Positions 1-12,481 of a DNA stretch of 64,000 nt are shown here, one piece after another; position 1 is the stretch's first letter, and every line of letters begins with the position of its first letter. Below the pieces are notes generated by a model. That model did not search any database, was not told the DNA's origin, and worked only from the letters and a program-made list of their open reading frames with translations. The stretch covers positions 2,046,001-2,110,000 of the forward strand of contig NC_043022.1 in the NCBI RefSeq assembly GCF_006345805.1, read 5' to 3'. A program made the position numbers and the translations under genes. Source of the stretch: Octopus sinensis. Lineage: Eukaryota.

Positions 1-2840
1 GGGAACACTGACGGGTTTGTGGCGTGGGTATACTTATCGCTGAGAAATGGGTAGATAAAGTAATTGAGGTATCAGAGTATGTGACAGAATACTTAAGATT
101 AGATTAGTGCTTCATCATAGTTTAGCAACCATTATATCAGCCTATGCTCCTCAGTCGGGGCTACCCGATGGACAGAAAGACCGATTCTATGACACTACTG
201 CAGACTACCTCGTCAACGAACGACAGAGACCTTATCTTTGTGGCTGGTGACTTCAATGGTCACGTTGGACGACATGCTGGGGGCTTCCATGGCGTACATG
301 GAGGCTATGGCTATGGCTCCTGAAACAAGGAGGGAACCAGGCTGCTGGAGTTCTGCGATGCAAATAATCTTATGATTTGCAACACTAACTTCAGGAAACC
401 TACCAGCCACCTAGTCACTTACCGATCGGGCCCAACATACCAGCCAAATTGACACATCCTTGCAAGGCAAAGGGAGAGTTTGGCTGCTTATAAATGCCAA
501 AACCTTCCCAGGTGAAGAATGTACCCCACACATAGACTGGTAGTTAGTGACTTTAGGATCAGACTAGGAGACAACCATAAGACCACCAATATGGAGAAGA
601 AGGATCTGGAAGCTTAAAGATCCTGCAAATGGACAGAGATTTAGAGACATATTACTTGAAGCCTCTGACGAAGTTGAAGGGGATAGAGCATCACAGGGGG
701 TAGAAGACAGCTGGACGTTTCTAAGGGACAACCTGCTGAGAGCCACTGACCAGATCTGTGGCTGGTGCAAAGTCCCCTCTCGACCTAGAATAACGTGGTG
801 TGGAACAATATTGTAGACAGGGCTATTAGAGAAAAGAGACAGGCTTGGAAGGTCTGGAAAAATGGGGGTAGCAGGGAATTGTATCAGACTGCCAAAAGAG
901 AAGCTAGAGACAGGTTTATTTAGCCAGAGGGGAAGCAGATAAGAAAAAATTTGCCAATGTCTGCGCCGTGAGGACCAAAGACTGGAGTGTTTCGCGTTGC
1001 AAGACAGTGTGTGAGAGAGAATCGTGATGTGGTAGGAGAGAAGTGTGTTCGCATGGAAGATGGTTCACTTGCGCTAAATGAGGATGCAAAGAGAGGCTTG
1101 AGATGCCACTATGAAAGTTTGCTGAATAAAGAAATGAATGGGATAAAGAGTCTGCGAATGTTGACCCAACAGAGGGACCAGCTATCCTCCGAGTATAGTT
1201 CCGTGGTAGCTAAGGCAATTAGAAGCATGAAGACAGGAAAAGCCCCAGGCCCATCAGGAATCACTGCAGAGATGCTCAAAATTCTGGTAGTGTCGGCTAT
1301 AGCCTAGTCACCCTATAGTTTAATCAGGTGATCACAAAGGAGTCATACCCAATGACTGGTGTAGCAGCATAATAGTCAACTGCTACAAAGGTAAAGGTGA
1401 CGCCCTAGATACAAATAATTACAGAGGTATCAAGCTGTTGGATCAGGTGATGAAGGTTACAGAGAGGGTCATAGCCCAACTAATTAGAGAGAGAGTTAGT
1501 TTAGATAGAGATGCAGTTTGGGTGTTGTGTGCCAGGGAAAATACTACTGATGCCTATATTCCTGGTAAGGCAGCTGCAGGAGAAATACCTAGCTAAAGAT
1601 AGCCCCCTGTACCTGCTTTTGTTGACATGGAGAAAGCCTTCGACAGGGTGCCCCCCCGATCCCTTATCTGGTGGTCAATGAGGAAACTAGGGATAGATGA
1701 ATGGTTAGTGAGAGCTGTGCGGGCCATGTATAGGGACGCTGCTATTAGGGTGAGGGTTGGAAACGAGTACATTGAAGAATTCCGGGTAGAGGTAGGGGTC
1801 CACCAAGGCTCAGTACTCAGCCCCCTCCTATTTATCATAGTCCTCCAGGCAATACGGAGGAATTCAAGTCAGGATGCCCTTGGGAGCTCTTCTATGCTGA
1901 TGACCTTGCTCTATTTGCTGAGTCCTCTATCAGAACTGGAGGAGAGTTTCAGGTGTGGAAACAAGGATTAGAATCGAAGGGCCTCAAGAGTCAATCTAGC
2001 TAAAACCAAAGTCTAATCATAGGAAGGTAGACAAATCACAAACGCCTTCAGGTAGATGCCCTGCTCGCTCTGTAGAAAAGGTGTAGGTAGAAACTCTATA
2101 AGATGCACCAAGTGTAAGCTATGGACACATAAGAGGTGCAGCAATGTCAAAGGAAGGCTAACTAGGAAGATGGTTTTTGTATGTGGCAGATGCTCAGGAA
2201 CAATAAACACTGAAATGCTCTGAGACCAACTTCCGTCACTTTCCAGGGAGAAAACAGAAATAGTTGATAGTTTTCCGTTACCTAGGTGACCAAGTCAGCA
2301 GCGGGGGCGGGTGTGCTGAAAGTGTAACTGCTAGAGTAAGAATAGCTTGGGCAAAGTTCAGAGAGCTCTTACCCTGCTGGTGACAAAAGCCTCTCGCACA
2401 GAGTGAAAGGCAGACTGTATGATGCGTGTGTACGAACAGCCATGCTACATGGCAGTGAAACATGGGCCGTGACTGCTGAGGAATCTGCGTAAGCTCGCAA
2501 GAAATAAGCCAGTATGCTCCGATGGATGTGTAATGTCAGTGTTCATAATCGACAGAGTGTAAGTACCTTGAGAGAAAAGCTGGACCTAAGAAGCATCAGT
2601 TGTGGTGTGCAAGAGAGACGATTGCGCTGGTATGGTCATGTGCGAGAATGGATGAGATAGTTGTGTGAAAAGTGTGCCACACCCTAGCGGTTGAGGAACC
2701 TGTGGAAGAGGCAGACCCAGGAAAACCTGGGACGAGGTGGTGAAGCACGACCTTCGAACTTTAGGTCTTACTGAGGAATGACTAGAGACCGAGTCCTCTG
2801 GAAGTGTGCTGTGCGCGAGAAGACCCGGCAAGACAAGTGA
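1..2840 (+). pseudogene. Disrupted ORF2 (APE endonuclease + reverse transcriptase) of the RTE LINE
   Basis: GDFNGHVG 246-269; DMEKAFD 1624-1644; QGSVLSP 1804-1824; YADD 1893-1904; later RYLG, HGSETW, RLRWYGHV and GRPRKTW motifs; stop TGA 2838-2840; many frameshifts. Confidence 0.92.
2062..2193 (+). other. PHD-type C4HC3 zinc finger coding segment inside LINE ORF2
   Basis: Open frame CSLC-RKGVGRNSIR-CTKC-KLWT-H-KR-C-SNVKGRLTRKMVFV-CGRC. Confidence 0.8.
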
Positions 2841-3397
2841 GTCCCTAACCCGTGGCCTTCTACTTGGGATGGAGCCAGCCTACGTATGCATACCTTCCCT
2901 TCTTGGGACACAAAACTCTACTTGTGGAAGACCTGTTTGAGGCAAGTGATGATCCACTCTACTTGTGAAGACTGTTGAGGCAAGTGAGGATCAGAATCGA
3001 AATCGATCAATGGAAATTGCAGATGTGTTAACCAGTGCCGGTGCATGTAGAGAACCTTCCGTTCGTGACCGTTGCCAGCACCGCCCCGTTTCGTGTTCGT
3101 TGCCAGCCTCGCCTGGCCCTTGTGCCGGTGGCACATAAATCACCATCCGTTCGTGGCCGTTTGCCAGCTCTGTCTGGCACCTGTGCGGGTAGCACGTAAA
3201 AAGCACCCACTACACTCACGGAGTGGTTGGCGTTAGGAAGGGCATCCAGCCGTAGAACAACTGCCAGATTTGACTGGGCCTGATAAGCCTTCTGGCTTCA
3301 CAGAACCCCAGTAGAACCGTCCAACCCATGCTAGCATGGAAAACTGGACGCTAAACGATGATGATGATGATGATGATGATATATATATATTATATAT

Positions 3398-3562
3398 ACG
3401 ATGGGTTTCTTTCAGTTTCTGTCAACCAAATCCACTCACAAGGCCTTTGGTTGGCCTGAGGCTATAGTAGAAGGCACCAGCCCAAGGTTCCACACAGTGG
3501 GACTGAACAAGGAACCATATGGCTCGTAAGTAAGCTACTTACCACATAGCCACACCTGCACC
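3398..3562 (-). mobile_element. SINE family A, 5' half
   Basis: Matches the head of full copies such as 12482-12885, in reverse. Confidence 0.8.
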
Positions 3563-4194
3563 TAATATTTAATCATAAAAATATAATTGTTATTTTTTTA
3601 AACATCAAATGGCTATGAGGGTCCAGTAGAGTAAAATAAGATTCAATAAGGGTCCAGAGGTAAAAAAAAAAAAAAGGGTCAAATGAGGGGACAGTCGTGA
3701 ATGGGACTCCTTTCATCATATGTCTGTTCCATTGTGGTCTTACTTTTAGCAGAGTCCATGGTGGTCTTAGTTTCCCAGGATGCTATGGATTCTATTCCTG
3801 GACTAAACACAGCACATTGAATTCTTGAGCAAGGTACTTTTTTTTTCACATTGCTCCAGAATTTCTTCCCTGCATCCAATTTCCTTTTAATGGCACTGTC
3901 TGAATGCCACCAGCACCACCCATCTTGGCCATCATGTCTCTCAAAAATGGTGTTTCTAACTTGAGCGGCAGAAAGCCAGAAGTTTTAAGAAGAGATGTAC
4001 CAATTCAATTAATTAACCCTAGTACTTGACTGATATTTTACACAAACTCAAGGAAAAAGACATTTGATAATGTTTCATTTGCTATCCAGGACTAACGAAG
4101 CCAGCCATCGTCTGTGAACAAGTATGGTTTGGTAAACAATTAGCTTTCACTAATTGTCTTAAGTGTCTACGTAATAGCAAACTGACGTAAACAC

Positions 4195-4974
4195 TAAGGT
4201 GGAGTGAAAAGTAAAAAATTTGTAAAAACTGAAAATAGCTGAGGGCTAAAATGTTGCCATATTTAATAACCCCGGGACTTAGTCTTTGTAAGCCTAGCAC
4301 TTATTCTATTGGTCTCTTTTGCTGAACTGCTAAGTTACAGGGACATAAACACACCAGCATTGGTTGTCAAGCAATGTTAGGGGGACAAACACACACACAC
4401 ACAAACATATACACACACATACATACATACATATATATATATTTGATTTCTGTAGTTGCCTCAGTGTATTTTTGGCGATTTAACTATGAGCTTTGACTGC
4501 TATTTCTAGCAGGTAGACATACTTGGTATGTCTTTTGATTAATTTTAATTTTAATCCTTCAGCTATTTAATGCTTTTCTTGGGCCTGCGATCGCCTGTAT
4601 TATTAATTCTGTTATTATCATTTTTTAAAATAGTCATTCCGGATGATAACAGAATTAATAATATCTTAGCAAATTAATTTGTAAAAACTGAAAATGGCTG
4701 AGGGCTAGAATGTTGCCATATTTAATTACTAGAAAAACGGTAAAATTTTCGCAAAGATCAGTCAAGGGTATTTACTCTCTCAAACTGCCCAAACTCTGCT
4801 ACTGGAAAAATTTTACAAAAATCCCCCATTTTTGGAGTTTAGGGGTCTTGAGGAAGTAAATGCCCTTGATTGATCTCAGTGAAAATTTAGCATTTTTATA
4901 GTAATCAAATATGGCTACATTTTTACCCCCAGGCATTTTCACCTTCCACAGGGTTTTATTTTCACTCAACCCTA
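4195..4974. mobile_element. TIR-bearing non-autonomous DNA transposon (MITE) with an internal insertion
   Basis: TAAGGTGGAGTGAAAAGTAAAA at 4195 vs TTTTATTTTCACTCAACCCTA ending 4974 (imperfect TIR). Confidence 0.55.
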
Positions 4975-4989
4975 GTAGGCACTCTCAAT

Positions 4990-5173
4990 CAGGGGCTCTC
5001 AACTTTTTTAATATTTGGGTTAGATTCGGAACCTGGATTTCTTAGGGAGCTGCATCATAGGAAGTAAAATACACTTAAAGAAAAAGGTGTTATATTTATA
5101 GAGGGATGACCAGTGGGGGGGGGGTGCAGGAAGGATGCTTGAGGGCTCTGGGAGCAGTGATTGAGAACCACTG
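4990..5173. mobile_element. hAT/Charlie-like MITE remnant
   Basis: Ends CAGGGGCTCTCAAC ... TTGAGAACCACTG; no clean 8-bp TSD. Confidence 0.55.
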
Positions 5174-5249
5174 ATCTATGTAGTAGGGAACTGACACAAA
5201 CAGCCTCTTGAGTCTACCATGTTTTGGTCAGGTGTGACAACCGCAGGGA

Positions 5250-5251
5250 GG

Positions 5252-5311
<60 letters not shown>

Positions 5312-5612
5312 GGGAGAGAGAGAAAGAGAGAAAGAGAGGGAAAGAGAGAAAGGGAGAGAGAGAAAGAGAGGGAGAGAGAGAAAGAGAGAGAGGGAGAGAG
5401 AGAGAGGGAGAGAGAGAAAGAGAGGAGGGAGAGAGAGAGAGAAAGAGGAAGGGAGAGAAAAGAGAGAGAAGGGGGGAGAGAGAGCGAGAAGGGAGAGAGA
5501 GAGAAAGAGAGAGAGGGAGAGAGAGAAGGAGAGAGAAGAGAGAGGGAGAGAGAGAGGGAGAGAGAGAGAGAGAAAGAAAGAGAGAAAGAGAAAGAGAGAG
5601 AGAGAGAGAGAG
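5250..5612. repeat. (GA)n-rich microsatellite
   Basis: Direct inspection. Confidence 0.98.
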
Positions 5613-5954
5613 CTGCACCAGACCAGCATTCATTTTCAGCTGAGTGGAGACTGGAGCAATGTGAAAAAAAAAAGTACCTTGCTCAAGAACTCAATGTGCT
5701 ATGTTTGGTCCAGGAATAGAATCCATAGCATTACGATTGTGAGCGAAACACTCTACTTGCACCTCCTCACTGGCATTGCTCCGACTGATACCAGACAGGA
5801 AGTGGCCAGTTCAGGAAAGATGACAAAGGCTACTCATGATAAATGCCACCTCCTCTATGGATGTCAACCCTTGGCCCAAAGCCTGAACTCAAGAAGCCTC
5901 CTCATCCATCTCCAGGCCCTATTAACATCTTAGGAAGAAACCAGAGAACACTTT

Positions 5955-6200
5955 CTCTCTTTTACTTATGTGTTTCAGTAACTTGACTTTAGCCATGCTG
6001 GAGCACTGCATTTAGTTGAGCAAATCAACCCCGGGACTTATTCTTTGTAAGCCTAGCACTTATTCTATTGGTCTCTTTTGCTGAACTGCTAAGTTATGGG
6101 GACGTAAACACACCAGCATTGGTTGTCAAGCAATGTTAGGGGGACAAACACATACACACACAAACATATACACACACATACATACATACATATATACATA
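5955..6200 (-). mobile_element. SINE family A, 3' half
   Basis: gccatgctggagcac...ggggacaaacac block shared with the other copies. Confidence 0.8.
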
Positions 6201-6744
6201 TTTGATTTCTGTAGTTGCCATCAGTGTATTTTTGGCGATTTAACTATGAGCTTTGACTGCTATTTCTAGCAGGTAGACATACCTAGTATGTCCTTTGATT
6301 AATCTTAATTTTAACCCATCAGCAATTTAATGCTTTTCTTGGGCCTGCGATCGCCTGTATTATTATTAATTCTGTTATTATCATTTTTTAAAATAGTCAT
6401 TCCGGATGATAACAGAATTAATAATATCTTAGCAAATTAATTTTCGAGAATTATATCTTTTCTCATGAATTGTTTGCCCCTGTATAGAGAGTATATACAT
6501 AATATATATATATGCGCCAGTAGTTGTGCTAATATTCATCGGAAACATTTTTTATGTGGCTGAGCCCAGTGATCTATTTTTAGTGCTAGAGTAGACCACA
6601 TAGTGGTCGCTCTCTTATATTTATGTATAAAATGTATGAAAATCCGGGTTTTATATGCACTAAGCCACTTGGTGTTAAATGGATGTACTATTAAATTAGT
6701 ATACAACTTTCTCACCCTCATTAGTTTATATATATATATATATA

Positions 6745-6907
6745 CACGATGGGCTTCTTTCTGTTTCCATCTACCAAATCCATTCACAAGGCTTTGGTTG
6801 GCCTGAGGCTATAGTAGAAGACACTTGCCCAAGATGTCATGCAGTGGGACTGAACCTGGAACCATATGGTTGGTAAGCAAGCTACTTATCGCACAGCCAC
6901 TCCTCTG
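6745..6907 (-). mobile_element. SINE family A, 5' half
   Basis: Reverse head with tRNA-like A and B boxes. Confidence 0.85.
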
Positions 6908-6939
6908 CATCAAACTACATTATCTAATATATAGTCCTT

Positions 6940-7432
6940 GGCTCAGTAGTTAGAGCATCAAGCTCACAATCATGAGGTAGTGAATTCAATTCCCAGACCT
7001 GATTCTGTGTGTTGCGTTCTTGAGCAAGACACTTTATTTCACGTTGCTCCAGTTTGCTCAACTGTGGAAATGAGCTGCTATGTCACTGGTGCCAAATCTG
7101 TATCGGCCCCTTTGCCTTTCCCTTAGATAACATCAGTGGCATTGAGAGGGGAGGCTGGCATGCATAGGCAACTGCTGGTCTTCCATAAACAACCATGCAG
7201 GGACTTGTGCCTCGGAGGGTCACTTTCTAGGTGCAATCCCATGGTCATTCATGACTGAAGGGAGACTTTACCCTCTACCCTATATATATATATAATGGTG
7301 TGGAGAGGGGAAGCTGGTATGCATAGGCAACTGCTGGTCTTCCATAAACAACCTTGCCTGGACTTGTGCCTCGGAGGGGAACTTCCTAGGTGCAATCCCA
7401 TGGTCATTCATGACCAAAGGGGGTCTTTGCTC
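6940..7432 (+). mobile_element. SINE family C (Meta-core-like) plus a duplicated 3' part
   Basis: tRNA-like head, then TTGAGCAAGACACTTTATTTCACGTTGCTCCAG core; 3' segment repeated at about 7296-7432; the core name is from memory. Confidence 0.7.
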
Positions 7433-7817
7433 CTTACTCCTGGGAAAAATCCTTAGCAGCATTTCGTCCGTTGCTACATTCTGAGTTCAAATTCCACCAA
7501 GGTTAACTTTACCTTTCATCCTTTTGGGGTCCATAAAAAAAGGATCCAGTTGAGCACAGGGGGGTAGATGTAATTGAGTTAAGCCCCACCCTGAAAATGC
7601 TGGCCTTGTGCCAAAATCTGAAACCAATATAATCCTATTTTTGTAGGACTACATATTAGGTAATGTAGTTCTATAGAGCCAACTGAAACATGGGATGGTC
7701 ATGACTGGAACGTCTTTCGTAATGGTCCTGTAGTCCATCAGGATTAAACTGAGGCAAAATGGTATGGTACCATTGAGACTTGGTGAAAATATTCGAAACT
7801 GGAGCATTTTGATACTC

Positions 7818-8160
7818 TCAAATTATCACTACCATCACCACCACCACCACCACCGCCGCCACCACCAGTATCATGACCTTCGTGATGACGATTTTGACCA
7901 TGGTCACCATCCTGACTACCATGGTAACAGTCATGAAGAGCACCAGCATACCACCATGACCACCACCACCAGTATCGCCATTATAATGATGACGACAATG
8001 AACCCCCCCGCCTCCCACCACGAACACCACTATCACCGGTATCATCATCACCACCACCACCACCATCACTATAACAAGGACGACAGCAATGATGCTAACG
8101 ACGACAACCACCACCACCACCACCACCACCATTACCGTAATCAGCATCACCATCCCACAC
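7818..8160. repeat. (CAC/CAT)n degenerate trinucleotide repeat
   Basis: Direct inspection. Confidence 0.95.
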
Positions 8161-8267
8161 ACCGTTCCATAACCACTGTGCAAAGTTTCACCAACAATAA
8201 GGGTAGGTTTGAGGGGGGGGCACCGCCATTCCCACATCACCATTCCTCTTTAATAATGGTCCTTCGA

Positions 8268-8505
8268 AGGCGGCGAGCTGGCAGAATCGTTAGCACGCCG
8301 GGCGAAATGCGTAGCCGTATTTCGTCTGCCGCTACGTTCTGAGTTCAAATTCTGCCGAGGTCGACTTTGCTTTTCATCCTTTCGGGGTCGATAGATTAAG
8401 TACCAGTTACGTACTGGGATCAATCTAATCGATTGGTAAAAAAAAAATTTCCCCCACCCCCCAAAAAATTTCGGGCCTTGTGCCTAGAGTAGAAAAGAAT
8501 AATGG
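8268..8505 (+). mobile_element. SINE family B (Deu/Nin-core-like; probably the octopus OR type)
   Basis: GGCGAGCTGGCAGAATCG head, GAGTTCAAAT B box, GTCGACTTTGC.TTTCATCCTTTCGGGGTCGAT core. Confidence 0.85.
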
Positions 8506-8714
8506 TCCTTCGAAGATTTTAATTCTTTTCATTCAACTTGCTTCGTTTCTTTTCTACATGTCTGTGCTTGTTTGTTTGTGTTTTTGATGTAATTTCATTT
8601 TATTTGGTCAAGTGGCCCTTCCTTGCAAAAATAATAACAAATAAACAAAAAGCACTTGAAACTGACCAACTGGTGGCCAATTAAGAACTGATGGCTGTGG
8701 CAGGAGATAGACCA

Positions 8715-9385
8715 AAAACACACACACACACACATACATATATGTATATACGCATACACACACATCCATTCATTTCCTCACCTGCACACACACGCATATA
8801 CACACTTTCACTTATACACACACACGCGTGCGTATACTCCCTTTCTCTCAGACATTTTGACTTCCACACGCTTATACACACTCACTCTTACCATATACCT
8901 ACGCCCCCACGCTTTCTCTCTCTCTCTCCTTTTTACACACATAATCACTCACACAAATAAACATACACGCAGTTTCTCTCACACATGCATGCATATACAC
9001 ACACACACTCTTCCTCTCATACATACATACACCCGCTCTCTCACACATATATACACTGGCACACACACACACACAGACTGTTTCTCACAAACACTCTCTC
9101 ACTCAGAAAGCCACGTACACACACACACAGTTTCTCTCACACATGCATGCATATACACACACACACTCTTCCTCCCATACACACACACACTCTCTGACAC
9201 ATATATACACTGGCACACACATACACACATAGACTGTTTCTCACAAACACCCTCTCACTCAGAAAGCCACGTACACACACACACACAGTTTCTCTCATAC
9301 ATGCATGCATATACACATACACACACACACATACTCTCTCTCACATACACACAGACTGTTTCTCACACACACACACACACACACT
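8715..9385. repeat. CA-rich low complexity with an ~158-bp tandem unit
   Basis: agtttctctca(c/t)acatgcatgc recurs at about 8971, 9129 and 9287. Confidence 0.85.
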
Positions 9386-9424
9386 CAGTGCTCATGCACT
9401 GATGAGTCTAGATAATACAATAAG

Positions 9425-9925
9425 TAGGATGAAAGGCAAAATCGACCTCAGTGGAATTTGAACTCAGAACGTAAAGACAGACGAAATACCCACAAGGGGC
9501 TAAACACAGAGAGGACAAACAAGGACAGTCAGACGGATTAAGTCGGTCATATCGACCCCATTGCGTTACTGGTACTTATTTAATCAACCCTGAAAGGATG
9601 AAAGGCAAAGTCGACCTCGGTGGAATTTGAACTCAGAACGTAACGGCAGACGAAATACGGCAACGCATTTCGCCCGGCGTGCTAACGTTTCTATTTCTTT
9701 ACTACCCATAAGGGGCTAAACGCAGAGGGGCTAAACAAGGACAGACAAACGGATTAAGTCGGTTACATCGACCCCAGTGCGTTACTGGTACTTAATTTAA
9801 TCGACCCCGAGAGGATGACAGGCAAAGTCGACCTCGGCGGAATTTGAACTCAGAACGTAACGGCAGACGAAATACGGCTACGCATTTCACCCGGCGTGCT
9901 AACAGTTCTGGCAGTTCGCCGCCTC
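9425..9925 (-). mobile_element. Three tandem partial SINE family B copies
   Basis: gatgaaaggcaaa(a/g)tcgacctc recurs at about 9428, 9597 and 9814. Confidence 0.88.
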
Positions 9926-10549
9926 ATCACTAGGATAAATACTATATTAGCCATCGCCATCACCATCACAATCAACAGGATGTGTGATTTCTTTAGTAGC
10001 ATTATTGTAATTATTTTTGTTTTGTTTTAATATCATCATTTATTTATTTTTTTTCTGCAAATTTCGGTCGGTCGGGGGATGAAACTTCCTCCTTTGCCGT
10101 CTCACTTTGCCAAGTATCAAGTCTGCAAGTCACTTCCTCTTTCAGTTCTGGTAACTTTAAACCCCAAACAAACCAACAAACAAACAAACAAACACAGAGA
10201 GAGAAAAAGAATACATAAATAAGCAAATATATAAATAAAACCAAAAAAATATTTTTTGAATAAAGCCCCACAGACCAGATCCTACACCCTCCACCCTCCA
10301 CTATCACTGCCCGACCCAGACCATCGGCGACAGCAGCAGCATCAGTCTCAAGAACCGCTCTTTCTTCTCTCAAAGTTCTTGTCATCCCCCTTTTCATGGC
10401 AGATTCTGTAACGTGTAACGTACCCGGTCGTCTGCTCGGTGTATTTCGTTCTGCTACAGACAGCTTTTGATGTGGCCTGTCTCCCAAGTGACTCTTGCAC
10501 TTCTCTTCAATTTACTCAACATTGAAAACTACTTCAAATGACACAATAT

Positions 10550-11085
10550 TTTCTTCCATCCATCCTTCCTTCCTTTTTTTTCTTTCTTCCTTTCTTTCTT
10601 CCATCCATCCTTCCTTGCCTTTCTTTCTCTTCTTTCTTCCTTTCTTTTTTCCATCCATCCTTCCTTTTCTTTCTTTCTTTCTTTCTTTCTTCCTTTTTTT
10701 TTCCATCCATCTTTCCTTTTCTTTCTTTCTTTCTTTCTCTTCTTTCTTTCTTTCTTCCTTTTTTTTTCCATCCATCCTTCCTTTTCTTTCTTTCTCTTCT
10801 TTCTTCCTTTCTTTTTTCCATCCATCCTTCCTTTTCTTTCTCTTCTTTCTTTCTTTCTTTCTCTTCTTTCTTTCTTTCTTCCTTTTTTTTTCCATCCATC
10901 CTTCCTTTTCTTTCTCTTCTTTCTTTCTTTCTTTCTTCCTTTCTTTTTTCCATCCATCCTTCCTTTTCTTTCTTCCTTTCTTTTTTTCCATCCATCCTTC
11001 CTTGCCTTTCTTTCTTCCTTTCTTTCTTCCATCCATCCTTCCTTTTCTTTCTTTCTCTTCTTCCTTTCTTTCCCCCTCCCTTCCT
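10550..11085. repeat. (CTTT)/(CCAT) compound pyrimidine-rich repeat
   Basis: Direct inspection. Confidence 0.97.
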
Positions 11086-11164
11086 TCTCTTCATTCGTGG
11101 TTCAAACCCAAGACGTCTACATGACCTAGTTTTTTCCCCCTTGGATGCTGGTTTACATCTTCAA

Positions 11165-11645
11165 CACCTACTTGTTACAGTCATTAGACTGCGGCCATGC
11201 TGGGGCACCATCTTGAAGAGATTTTAGTCGAATGAATCACACCTGGCACTTATTCTCATTTAAAGGTTGATACTTATTCAACCACTTTCTTTTGCCGAAC
11301 CACTAAATTACAGAGATGTAAACACACCAACACCGGTTGTCAAGCAGTGGAAGTGGAGTATAAATAGAGGCACACACACACACATATATGTATGTGTATG
11401 TTCAGTTTTGCTTCAAGATTTCTTGCCTATAAAGAAAGAGCTGGTTTCTAACCTAGATCCAAGTCTCCTTCATTGGAATTTCAACATCAACAACAGGGTT
11501 CCCAACCACATGGTTCTGGGTTCAGTCCCACTGTATGGAACTTTGGGCAAGTGTCTTCTACTATAGTCTCAGTCTGACCAAAGCCTTGTGAGTGGATTTG
11601 GTAGATGGAAACTGAAAGAAGCCTGTCGTGTATATATATATATAT

Positions 11646-11680
<35 letters not shown>

Positions 11681-12300
11681 GTATGTATTTGTATGTCTGT
11701 TTGTCCCCCCGCCACCATCGCTTGACAACTGATGGTGTGTTTATGTCCCTATAGCTTAGCAGTTCTGCAAAAGAGACCGATAGAATAAGTGCTAGGCTTA
11801 CAAAGAATAAGACCTTGGGTCGATTTGTTCGACTAAAGGTGGTGCTCCAGCATGACCACAGTCAAATGACTGAAACAAGTAAAAGCATAAAAGAAAAAAG
11901 AATGTATGTATGTCATTGTTTAGTTTTATTTCAAGATTTCTTGCCAATAGAGAAAGAACCGGTTTATATATATATATATATATATATAACATACATATAT
12001 ATGCATATATACGACGGGCTTCTTTTAGTTTCCGTCTACCAAATCCACTCACAAAGCTTTGGTTGGCCCGAGGCTATAGCAGAAGACACTTGCCCAAGGT
12101 GCCACGCAGTGGGACTGAACCCGGAACCATGTGGTTGGTAAACAAGCTACTTACCACACAGCCACTCCTGCTTGTTTAGCAAATCCACTTATGAGGCTTT
12201 GGTCAGCCTGAGGCTATAGTAGAAGACATTTGCCCAATGTGCCACACAGTGGGACTGAACTTGGAACCATGTGGTTGACTAGTAAGCTTCTTACCACACT
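11165..12300. mobile_element. Cluster of SINE family A pieces in both orientations plus a short dispersed repeat
   Basis: A pieces at about 11170-11400(-), 11505-11890(+), 11995-12170(-) and 12180-12300(-); tcaagatttcttgcc...ctagatccaag repeat at 11410-11495, also at 11930 and reversed at 13437-13535. Confidence 0.82.
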
Positions 12301-12481
12301 ACTGCAATCTGCACTTAGGATGTCTGGATAATCTAGTTTTCTTGGATTCTTGTTCATTCTGATTTTTTGGGGGGAAACAATAGCGCTGGTGTCCTGCAAT
12401 TTCAACTCCAAATATAAGTTTCCATAAATATTCTCTTTTTTACTTCCCCTTTTTTCTCATAAAACATCAGCATACATAGAT

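Larger units (their letters stand above)
1..3375 (+). mobile_element. RTE-clade non-LTR retrotransposon (LINE), decayed; 5' part runs off the window
   Basis: Frameshifted ORF2 with APE and RT motifs, followed by a 3' UTR ending in a (GAT)n tail at about 3357-3380. Confidence 0.92.

Noticed and set aside
4587-4661. Small hairpin attattaattctgtta...taacagaattaataat (also at about 6361-6424) as a pre-miRNA
   Set aside because: Very AT-rich arms with a large loop; present twice only because of the local duplication
9400-9412. CTGATGAGTC motif
   Set aside because: No closing stem II or adjacent GAAA
10044-10487. 147-aa minus-strand ORF
   Set aside because: It runs through (TTTG)n low complexity, has no recognisable domain and no supported splice structure
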